59,096 nt of DNA from Candidatus Dojkabacteria bacterium (GTDB lineage Bacteria > Patescibacteriota > Dojkabacteria > SC72): NCBI GenBank assembly GCA_035370405.1, contig DAOOVT010000002.1:1-59096 (forward strand), given 5' to 3'. A program made the translations under genes and the position numbers. How positions within the stretch are numbered: the first letter of the stretch is position 1; each line of letters starts with the position of its first letter. This document shows, piece after piece, positions 36,534 to 44,147 of the stretch. The notes below the pieces were generated by a model. The model searched no databases, was not told the origin of the DNA, and saw nothing but the letters and a program-made list of their open reading frames with translations.

Positions 36534-38077
36534 ATCCCTTCTATTAATGAATTCCCTGTCATCTCTGCTGGCTTAACAATGCCCATTATACTTAAGATAG
36601 TTGGCGCTATATCAGACAAAGAACCGTATGGGAGATGGCGTACTGATATCTTAGTCCCTGCAATTATTAAAGGAACAGGATTTAATGAATGCTCTGTATC
36701 AATCTCATTCGTTTCCAAATTTATCATTTCCTCTACATTTCCATGATCAGCGGTTATTAATACAGCACCTCCTCTTAATGTAAATTCTCTTGTCAAAACC
36801 TTCACACATTCATCTACGACTTTAACCGATTGTATTCCTGCCTGTAAATTTCCTGTATGTCCAACCATATCCGTATTTGCAAAATTTACGAGTATGAAAT
36901 CATAAATATTCTCAGGTAGATACTTTAAAATCGCCTGTGTAACCTCAAAAGCACTCATCTCCGGCTTCATATCATATGTAGGAACTCTAGGAGAAGGAAT
37001 TAGCACTGTATCCTCCTTATCGTAGACAATGGGAAGGCCTCCATTGAAAAAATATGTAACATGAGGAAACTTCTCTGTCTCTGCGACTCTTAACTGACTT
37101 AAACCTACCGATTCAATAACTTTCCCAAGTGGAAGATTAATGTATTGCTTTGGGAAAATCACTCTTGGCGGGAAATTTTTTCTATACTCAACCATAGATG
37201 CCACAAACAAATTTGGAATTTTGTTTACAGTAAATTGCCTAAAATTATCAGATAAAAAAGGCTCAGCCAGTTGTATCATTCTATCTGGTCGATAATTAAG
37301 AAAAATGACAACATCATTAGCTTTTATTTTACTTTCATTAATTACTGCTGGTTCTATGAATTCGTCAGTAAGACCCTGAGAATAATATGCTTGTATTGCC
37401 TCTTGATATGTCTTGAAGTGCTCTCCTACATTTTGAGTTAATAAATAATATGTCCTCTGTGTTCTATCCCATTTTTCATTTCTGTCCATTGCATAATACC
37501 TTCCAATGATAGTTCCTATTTTCCCAATACCCCTTTGTACGCAAAATTTATCTATTTCAGTAAGATATGTTAAAGCAACATCAACAGGCGTATCTCTTCC
37601 ATCTGTGAAAGCATGAATATACAAATTGTTAGCAAAATTTGCTTTGGCAAAGTAATCAATTATTGCTTTAAAATGATCGATGTGAGAATGTACGGCTCCA
37701 TTGCTCAAAAGGCCAACTAGGTGAATATTACTGTTAAACTTTGTAGCATGAATAAATGCGTCTCTAAGTGTGTTATTCTTGTAAATTTGCCCTTTTTGTA
37801 TCGCAGAGTTTATTCTAGGAAGATTCTGACTAACAACTCTTCCCGCTCCCATATTTAGATGTCCAACTTCGCTATTTCCTTTTACATTTCTAGGGAGACC
37901 AACAGCTTCTCCAGATGCGAGCAGATATGTATGAGGAGATACATTCCAAAATGTTGAAAGATTTTTGGGGTCAGCTAGTACTACAGCATTTCCATTAGAT
38001 TTTGGAGCTGCACCAAGTCCATCGAGTATTATTAGCATGACTTTTTGTTTTGCATTCATAGGCAGTACTTTATACAT
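36530..38077 (-). CDS. gpmI: 2,3-bisphosphoglycerate-independent phosphoglycerate mutase (copy 2, 515 aa)
   Basis: LDGLG, GNSEVGHLNMGAG, DGRDT, NTDMVGHTG and TADHGN are all present. An alternative ATG lies at 38059. Confidence 0.9.
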   Translation of the reverse strand: MYKVLPMNAKQKVMLIILDGLGAAPKSNGNAVVLADPKNLSTFWNVSPHTYLLASGEAVGLPRNVKGNSEVGHLNMGAGRVVSQNLPRINSAIQKGQIYKNNTLRDAFIHATKFNSNIHLVGLLSNGAVHSHIDHFKAIIDYFAKANFANNLYIHAFTDGRDTPVDVALTYLTEIDKFCVQRGIGKIGTIIGRYYAMDRNEKWDRTQRTYYLLTQNVGEHFKTYQEAIQAYYSQGLTDEFIEPAVINESKIKANDVVIFLNYRPDRMIQLAEPFLSDNFRQFTVNKIPNLFVASMVEYRKNFPPRVIFPKQYINLPLGKVIESVGLSQLRVAETEKFPHVTYFFNGGLPIVYDKEDTVLIPSPRVPTYDMKPEMSAFEVTQAILKYLPENIYDFILVNFANTDMVGHTGNLQAGIQSVKVVDECVKVLTREFTLRGGAVLITADHGNVEEMINLETNEIDTEHSLNPVPLIIAGTKISVRHLPYGSLSDIAPTILSIMGIVKPAEMTGNSLIEGI

Positions 38078-38146
38078 TGTGGCATATTTTTGAATTTTAT
38101 TCTATAATCACAGTTGTCATAAAAATTAATGTAAAAAATAGCTACT

Positions 38147-38575
38147 ATGGACACAGATATTATAAAAAGAATAGAACAGGAAAATTCCAAGAAAAGACCC
38201 GATGTAAGAGTGGGTGATTATGTTAAGTTGTATATTAAGATTACTGAGGGTAAGAAGGAAAGAATACAGCAATTTAAAGGAATAGTTATAGCTGTAAAGG
38301 GAAGTGGTTTGAATAAGAATATTGTTGTAAGGAAGATATCGTATGGTGTTGGAGTTGAAAAAATAGTTCCGCTGTACTCTCCTGTACTTGATAAAGTAGA
38401 GATAGTAAAAAGAGGTTCTGTTCGTAAATCAAAGTTGTTCTATCTCAGAAATAGGGTTGGAAGAAAGGCTATGAAGATTGATAAGGTGAAAGATATATTT
38501 TTGACTGATGAGGTGATTGTACCAGAAGAAGGAAGTAATGTAGAGGAGGAAGAGGTTGCTGAACTGCGGGGGTAG
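38147..38575 (+). CDS. rplS: 50S ribosomal protein L19 with acidic C-terminal extension
   Basis: L19 core (RVGDYVKLYIKITEGKKERIQQFKGIVIAVKGSGLNKNIVVRKISYGVGVEKIVPLYSP). A ~30-aa extension ends with a stop codon inside the next tRNA gene. Confidence 0.92.
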   Translation: MDTDIIKRIEQENSKKRPDVRVGDYVKLYIKITEGKKERIQQFKGIVIAVKGSGLNKNIVVRKISYGVGVEKIVPLYSPVLDKVEIVKRGSVRKSKLFYLRNRVGRKAMKIDKVKDIFLTDEVIVPEEGSNVEEEEVAELRG

Positions 38576-38638
38576 TTCAATGGTTAGAATGTCTGTTTTC
38601 CAAACAGAGGGTTGCGGGTTCGAGCCCCGTCCCCCGCT
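38566..38638 (+). tRNA. tRNA-Gly (anticodon TCC)
   Basis: GCGGGGG-TA-GTTCAATGGTTAGAAT-G-TCTGT-TTTCCAA-ACAGA-GGGTT-GCGGG-TTCGAGC-CCCGT-CCCCCGC-T. Confidence 0.9.
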
Positions 38639-38689
38639 TTGTGTTCTTGACTATTCTACTTATCCACATTTTGTAATATAATTGAAGGC

Positions 38690-39211
38690 ATGAAAGATGC
38701 CAGTTTATCAATATCTAACAAAGTACACGCTGATCGAAGAGTACTTCTCTCGGAGAAAAATAAAGATACTATTGATGTAGAAAAAATTTTTAATCTAGTT
38801 CTCGGGCGAGAACCTACTCAGCATGAAAAAGCGTATTACAAGATTAATAGGATTTCTCCCGATTATATTGCGGAAACACTTATTGTAGGAGAGGAGCACG
38901 CTGGACTAGTGAAAGATGGTCATATGTATCATAAATTAAAGAAAGAGGTAGAATCTCTTAAAGGTACGATATTGAGGTTGCACTCTGATGTTGAAGATAA
39001 GAGTAAGGAGTTAGCAGAATTAACAAAACTTCTTAATGAAAAAAACAAGGTAATTGCAGAACTTAGGAAATCAAATAAAGCTCCATATGTTTCTGAAAAG
39101 ATTACCAATTCTTCTAGAGTAATTTCATGTAATGAAGAAAAAAAGAAGCCAACAAAGGATGATTATTCCTTTTGGGATAGAATTTTAACTATTTTTTTTG
39201 ATAAGAGATAA
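38690..39211 (+). CDS. Hypothetical coiled-coil protein (173 aa), weak DUF4214-like N-terminal segment
   Basis: IFNLVLGREPTQHEKAYYKINRISPDYIAETL resembles the DUF4214 repeat and is followed by a coiled coil. The stop overlaps the XRE gene start (TAATG). Confidence 0.5.
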   Translation: MKDASLSISNKVHADRRVLLSEKNKDTIDVEKIFNLVLGREPTQHEKAYYKINRISPDYIAETLIVGEEHAGLVKDGHMYHKLKKEVESLKGTILRLHSDVEDKSKELAELTKLLNEKNKVIAELRKSNKAPYVSEKITNSSRVISCNEEKKKPTKDDYSFWDRILTIFFDKR

Positions 39212-39414
39212 TGACTACAAAGATTTTTGCTCAAAGACTAAAAACAGCAAGAAAAGAGGCGGGATATTCTCAGAGATATCTTGGTATGAGAGTTGGATTG
39301 TCTGATAAATCGATAAGTATATATGAAAGGGGTGATATGTATCCACCAATAACCAATCTGCTCAAAATAGCAAAGGAGCTGAATAAAGATATTTCATATT
39401 TTCTTAAGGACTAA
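39211..39414 (+). CDS. XRE/Cro-C1 family helix-turn-helix transcriptional regulator (67 aa)
   Basis: FAQRLKTARKEAGYSQRYLGMRVGLSDKSISIYERGDMYPPITNLLKIAKEL is a canonical HTH_3 pattern. Confidence 0.85.
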   Translation: MTTKIFAQRLKTARKEAGYSQRYLGMRVGLSDKSISIYERGDMYPPITNLLKIAKELNKDISYFLKD

Positions 39415-40082
39415 TACGGTGGTGTGAACCATTGTCTTATCTGTGGCATAAACTTCTTGATGATTTTTGATATACCGAAGCAAGCTCCAATGATTGCTAT
39501 AACCAGAAGAATGTATTTAACTACAGACATGACTTTGTATTGTGTACTAGAAGGTTGTAGGACTAATGATTCATCAAAGGTAAGTGTGTCATTTATGGTA
39601 TTTGCGTAATTAGTATCATGTTGCCATGATATGACAGATGCCGTTATTTCGTAAGAACCCTCTCTTAATGGCTTAATATTTGCTCTTACAGTATATGTTT
39701 TCCCTTCCTCCATTGATATGAATTCCTTATGCTTAGGAGATACAGTAAGTGTAGTAGGAACATACCATAAAATTTGCGTTTTACTTGAGTCCAAATGTGG
39801 AGTTATTTGTAGCTCGTATGGAACATAACCGAATATAGCGGATTGATTCTTCCTTATTAGTAGAAGATCAAAGAATTTAGTAGTTACCTTTGTTTGATTT
39901 TCATCTATTATTGTTACTTCCTTATCTGTGTTAGAGATGGTTGTTGTAGTTTGAGTAGTTTCTGTTTCTGTAGTTTGAGTTTCCTCTGTTGTTTCTTGAG
40001 GATAGCCATCTGCAAAAGACAGCATTGGATAGACAAGAGTTAGTGCCAAAAACAATAATGTGATACTTATTTCCTTTTTCAT
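39411..40082 (-). CDS. Secreted, C-terminally anchored surface protein, function unknown
   Basis: Signal peptide, a Thr/Glu-rich low-complexity linker (ETTEETQTTETETTQTTTT), a beta-rich domain and a C-terminal TM helix. Last gene of a six-gene string. Confidence 0.55.
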   Translation of the reverse strand: MKKEISITLLFLALTLVYPMLSFADGYPQETTEETQTTETETTQTTTTISNTDKEVTIIDENQTKVTTKFFDLLLIRKNQSAIFGYVPYELQITPHLDSSKTQILWYVPTTLTVSPKHKEFISMEEGKTYTVRANIKPLREGSYEITASVISWQHDTNYANTINDTLTFDESLVLQPSSTQYKVMSVVKYILLVIAIIGACFGISKIIKKFMPQIRQWFTPPY

Positions 40083-40495
40083 TTTATTATTTTGATAATA
40101 CTTAATTTATATGTATTATACACACGTCGTGCTTCTTCTGGGGGAATATCATAATCATTGTGAACTATGTTATTCCTCACCTTATGTGCTTCCCATATAT
40201 CATTGTATTCTTTTTTTCTAAAGATGTTTTTTGCTTTTTTAAGATTATCACCACATGAGAGGGTGTTACTATAGTGATACTGTAGTGATTTCGATAGTAG
40301 ATTATCTAGTTTTATAACAGCATCTCTCCGAACAGAACTTTCATGGCTCATTACATCAATCTGGAGATCATTTAATTTAGTTAGTATCTGTTTACTTTTT
40401 GTTTTGCTAATACTCTTTTGATTTAAGTAAACAACTACGAAGAGTACTGCGATGAGAATTAATATTAAAATTGTTGGTGCTAACGTTATTTCCAT
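40079..40495 (-). CDS. Membrane-anchored small protein with Rx4H (HEPN-like) motif, function unknown
   Basis: N-terminal TM helix and a helical cytoplasmic domain ending in WEAHKVRNNIVHNDYD. Has 4-nt and 10-nt overlaps with its neighbours. Confidence 0.5.
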   Translation of the reverse strand: MEITLAPTILILILIAVLFVVVYLNQKSISKTKSKQILTKLNDLQIDVMSHESSVRRDAVIKLDNLLSKSLQYHYSNTLSCGDNLKKAKNIFRKKEYNDIWEAHKVRNNIVHNDYDIPPEEARRVYNTYKLSIIKIIK

Positions 40496-42387
40496 AATTT
40501 GTTTCCTATTACTTTACTAAATAATAAGTATACCAAAATGAGTAAAATTGCAAAAATACTTAATGAGAGAATCTTTCCCAATATCTTTATAGGGGTAGGA
40601 ACATCTAGTGGTATGGTTGCTTTTACTTGCTCAGAAAAGGTTATCCCACTGGGGTTTGTATGTGTAAGATATATAAATATATCATTGTGCCCAATTTTGC
40701 TAGAGGGAATATTTACCTGTATCGTTCTACTTTGTTTTGGAAGAAGTATTTGTGAGGAGCTTTTCGCTACTGGGTCTATATATTTTGAAATATCTGGTAT
40801 ATCTGATTTACTTAGCTGTGTTTCAGTTACCGCAATATTTCCCTTATTTGAAGAATATATGTATCCTACAGCATACTTTTTTGCAACATTATATCCATCA
40901 AATGAGACTTGTGATTGAATATTAAACTCCTTTTGAATTTGACTGTTAGTATCAGAAGTTACGACAAAATCATTCTGTGAATAGAAAGTTATGGTTGGCG
41001 TTAGTGGTGATTGCCCTCTGGTGAGAATAGTTATGTGATCATATAGTGGACTTCCAAACAATGAATGGCCAGTATATTCTTCTAAAAATGGATCTGCTTG
41101 TACCCATTGAGATTTATTTAAATCAAAATATTCAACCCAATAGTGATAGAAGCCATCAGAAGCATATCCTGAGATATTGGAGATGTAACCAATTACCATT
41201 CTTGCAGGAATTTGTAGCTTTCGGAGGAGGGCAATGTAAAAATCAGCGTAGTCTTGAGCATTAGCATTGTTTGGTGTTTTTATGATTGAATTTGCCCCTA
41301 TTCTCGGTGTGTTTGAAATTCCAAGCTTGATATCCTTGCTGTAGTTAAGTCTGTCAATGACATATGTATATAGGTATTTGAAAAAGAGTTGTCTTTGTTC
41401 TTCAGACATTTTTTGAGGGTCAGAGTTTTCATTGATGAATGATAGTCCTTTGTCAAGAAGATATGAGATTACCCTTTTTTTCTCTGCTTCGTCAGTAATT
41501 TTCCAATATCCTGTTTCTTTTGTAAGTAAACTATTAGGATCAATCTTTTGTCCATTTTCGGCTAAGTTAATAAAGCCAGTTATTTTGCAATCTACTGTTT
41601 GATTTGGTTCTACTATGTATTTGAAAGTGTAATTTCCATCTTCATCTATCGTGGTTGAATTCGGAAGAGGCGATATATCCTGCCAAATGATGTTCTGTTT
41701 GTAGGTGTCTGGAGGAAGAACTAGTTCGAATGTTTGTGGATCACTATTTTCTTGGTTTGAAAATACCCTATTTACAGAGAATTTGTAGACAATGTTTTGT
41801 CCAAACAGTATTGAAATATCGGAATTTTGAGGATTTCCGATATAAATGGAATATTCTGATCCATTTAGTTTTAAATCTCCCATGGGATCAGATGTCCATA
41901 ATGGTTTTCCCCATTGCTGTGGGTATGTGATTGTTATTCCATTTGTTTTGGCATCAAGAATTTCAGATTTAATGGTATATGAATTATTACTCTTGTCTGC
42001 TTTGGTAAAATATGTGAGCTGTATCTCAATTGGGGAGTCCTTTGAGACTACTGCATTTTCTAAATCAATCAGAATATCTGTAACTGAACCTCTGTAATAT
42101 TTAGTGCAATTTGTGTCTTTTCCAGTTTTCATAATTTTACAATGTACATCGAGATTTTTGATTGGAATGGAAGCAGTGTAGTAGGAAACTACCTGAGTAT
42201 TTTCACTTCTAATTTGTAGAATTACACTAGTATTTATACCAGTTTCAGATATTGTATGAACAAAATTCGTATATGTATTAAAATTTTGTTCTGCCTTCGT
42301 AGGATTATTTGTGATGGAGAGGAGGAAGAGTAGAGAAAGACTAAATAGTAACGGAATTTTCTTTAAACAGCCAGTCAAATTTTTCAT
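40486..42387 (-). CDS. Secreted transglutaminase-like (papain-fold) domain protein with C-terminal TM anchor; nucleophile apparently Ala
   Basis: Signal peptide, a large N-terminal beta region, a core of NANAQDYADFYIALLRKLQIPARMVIGY ... GFYHYWVEYF ... WVQADP, and a C-terminal TM helix. Confidence 0.65.
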   Translation of the reverse strand: MKNLTGCLKKIPLLFSLSLLFLLSITNNPTKAEQNFNTYTNFVHTISETGINTSVILQIRSENTQVVSYYTASIPIKNLDVHCKIMKTGKDTNCTKYYRGSVTDILIDLENAVVSKDSPIEIQLTYFTKADKSNNSYTIKSEILDAKTNGITITYPQQWGKPLWTSDPMGDLKLNGSEYSIYIGNPQNSDISILFGQNIVYKFSVNRVFSNQENSDPQTFELVLPPDTYKQNIIWQDISPLPNSTTIDEDGNYTFKYIVEPNQTVDCKITGFINLAENGQKIDPNSLLTKETGYWKITDEAEKKRVISYLLDKGLSFINENSDPQKMSEEQRQLFFKYLYTYVIDRLNYSKDIKLGISNTPRIGANSIIKTPNNANAQDYADFYIALLRKLQIPARMVIGYISNISGYASDGFYHYWVEYFDLNKSQWVQADPFLEEYTGHSLFGSPLYDHITILTRGQSPLTPTITFYSQNDFVVTSDTNSQIQKEFNIQSQVSFDGYNVAKKYAVGYIYSSNKGNIAVTETQLSKSDIPDISKYIDPVAKSSSQILLPKQSRTIQVNIPSSKIGHNDIFIYLTHTNPSGITFSEQVKATIPLDVPTPIKILGKILSLSIFAILLILVYLLFSKVIGNKLWK

Positions 42388-43093
42388 ATTTTCTTAAAAT
42401 TTGTCTTGTAATTGGCGTTTTTGGTGTGATTCCATACTTTGCCGATAATTTAGTTGGATCTATTTTTTCAGGTTCATTAACAATTTTGTAATTAGAGTTT
42501 CTGACAATTTCCTGCTTAGCATTCTTCCTTATGACATAATAGGCCATACCGCTATCATCATCAAGAACTATTCTAGATATTGCATTGACGGATGTATATT
42601 CAGCAAAGATTAGAGGGGTATTTTGTCTAGTGTTTATAATGGAAAAATCATATCCAGATGGTATGATTATCTTTTGTCCCCTTTTTACTGCACTTTTAAA
42701 AACTCTGTTGTCTTTTGGAGATTTATATATTTGCATAAGGATAGTTCCTGATCCATAGAGAATTTCTAGTATCTTAGGATATTTTTTACAACGCATTGCT
42801 TTTGTTTTAACATATTCAATACCAGCTATATTTGCTCTAAGGCAATATATATTTATTCTTACATTTTTTGATTTGAATGTGGAATTGAGATCAACCCATT
42901 TATATACATCATAGAAAATTTCAGGACAATTCAAATCTTGATTTAGAAGTTGGCTTCTGATGTCGTTAATAGTAACGGATACTTTCTCCTTAAAAGTGAA
43001 GTCCTTAAAGTAAAGTTGCTCATCCTGATATGTTATTGGTAATCCTGATATACTCTTTAAATCTATTTTCGACATATAGTGATTATACCACAC
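42341..43093 (-). CDS. Cupin-type glucose-6-phosphate-isomerase-like protein lacking the metal-binding histidines
   Basis: PEIFYDVY...GIEYVKTKAMRCKKYPKILEILYGSGTILMQ...GQKIIIPSGYDFSIINT follows the archaeal-type cPGI pattern as I recall it (TxGHxH...ExY, PPxWxHRxxN), but the His ligands are replaced. Confidence 0.35.
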   Translation of the reverse strand: MWYNHYMSKIDLKSISGLPITYQDEQLYFKDFTFKEKVSVTINDIRSQLLNQDLNCPEIFYDVYKWVDLNSTFKSKNVRINIYCLRANIAGIEYVKTKAMRCKKYPKILEILYGSGTILMQIYKSPKDNRVFKSAVKRGQKIIIPSGYDFSIINTRQNTPLIFAEYTSVNAISRIVLDDDSGMAYYVIRKNAKQEIVRNSNYKIVNEPEKIDPTKLSAKYGITPKTPITRQILRKYEKFDWLFKENSVTI

Positions 43094-43096
43094 TAT

Positions 43097-43387
43097 TTAG
43101 TCACCATGAGAAAAGCTTTTCAATATCCTAGAAACAATAGTTGCTCCAACCATGTACATTAGAAGAGATACTGGTAGAAGCCAAGGAATCTGCACTCCAT
43201 TTATGCTAAACGAAGAAGATACTATGCCATTGAATGGTTGTATAGCTATTTCGCTATATTTGTCTACAAAAGATGCAAATTGAGTAGTCATGTTAGCCTT
43301 AATCGCCATGAGTATTATTTTAGCCAATATAATTCCCTGCACTAAGGTTAGACCAACATATATTAGATTAAAAATTGGTTTTAGCAT
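43097..43387 (-). CDS. Small two-TM membrane protein, YggT-like
   Basis: 96 aa with two hydrophobic helices separated by a short loop. The size and topology resemble YggT/Ycf19. The call is weak. Confidence 0.4.
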   Translation of the reverse strand: MLKPIFNLIYVGLTLVQGIILAKIILMAIKANMTTQFASFVDKYSEIAIQPFNGIVSSSFSINGVQIPWLLPVSLLMYMVGATIVSRILKSFSHGD

Positions 43388-43389
43388 AC

Positions 43390-44109
43390 TTACAAATCTG
43401 ATAAATTATTTACATAATATGATAGCTCATTCATATAATTATTTACACCATTCGCCCATGCATGGTCAAGATTCTGTCCACATGGAGGACAATATGTGCT
43501 CTCCATTTCAAATGGATCTAAATTAGTACCGTAACCTTCGGCTATCATTTGTGTAATGTGTGAAATTGCTTGGTCCCAAGAAGGAAATACGCTCCAGCCA
43601 GCATCATTTCCATTTATTCCTCTCCATCCCCATGCATTGTTTGTATTGGTGGGGATTAAATTTCCAAATGCTGATTCAACGCCAGAGATTGAGACAACCA
43701 GTCTCCAGTCAAGTCCATATTTATCCGCTTCTGTAATAAATGTTTTTGCACTTTTAGCCATCGGGGAATGATAGTCCTTTAGAAAGTTGCTCATAGCAAC
43801 AATCCTTGGATCTATAGTGTAAAATTTGCTTCTGGATATTAAAGTTGTATTTTTAGTGTCAGAAGTTAAATTATAGCTACCAGAGTAGGTATATACATCA
43901 TATATTGGTGTTAGAGCATTGATTTCAACAAATGAATAATTACTGTATAGCTGTGAAATATTTTTTATTAAAATAGTTTCAAATTTTGGTGAGAGAAATA
44001 CTGAATATATAGCTAAAATTGAAATAAAGGAAATAACTCTAATAATATTGGATTTGGAAAATTCCAATGGATGTGGAATATGTTGAATATGATTTGTGAA
44101 ATCTGTCAT
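43390..44109 (-). CDS. Membrane-anchored lysozyme-like/transglycosylase-like protein (putative peptidoglycan hydrolase)
   Basis: N-terminal TM helix. The C-terminal domain (YGLDWRLVVSISGVESAFGN...NAWGWRG) resembles the Glu-Ser catalytic region of SLT/lysozyme-like folds. Confidence 0.4.
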   Translation of the reverse strand: MTDFTNHIQHIPHPLEFSKSNIIRVISFISILAIYSVFLSPKFETILIKNISQLYSNYSFVEINALTPIYDVYTYSGSYNLTSDTKNTTLISRSKFYTIDPRIVAMSNFLKDYHSPMAKSAKTFITEADKYGLDWRLVVSISGVESAFGNLIPTNTNNAWGWRGINGNDAGWSVFPSWDQAISHITQMIAEGYGTNLDPFEMESTYCPPCGQNLDHAWANGVNNYMNELSYYVNNLSDL

Positions 44110-44147
44110 AATGTATTCAGTATATCAAATAGGGGGCAATATTTGCT

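Noticed and set aside
38660-38668. Perfect DnaA-box consensus TTATCCACA upstream of the 173-aa ORF, considered as a possible oriC marker given parAB in the window.
   Set aside because: I noticed only a single copy. One perfect 9-mer is close to chance expectation in about 118 kb of two-strand sequence. There is no cluster, no AT-rich unwinding element pattern, and no dnaA or dnaN nearby.
39930-39995. Short tandem-looking DNA repeats (GTAGTTTGAGT occurring twice, plus TTCTG repeats), considered as a possible repeat array.
   Set aside because: They lie inside the 223-aa ORF and encode its Thr/Glu-rich linker (ETTEETQTTETETTQTTTT). This is low-complexity coding sequence, not CRISPR or a non-coding repeat.
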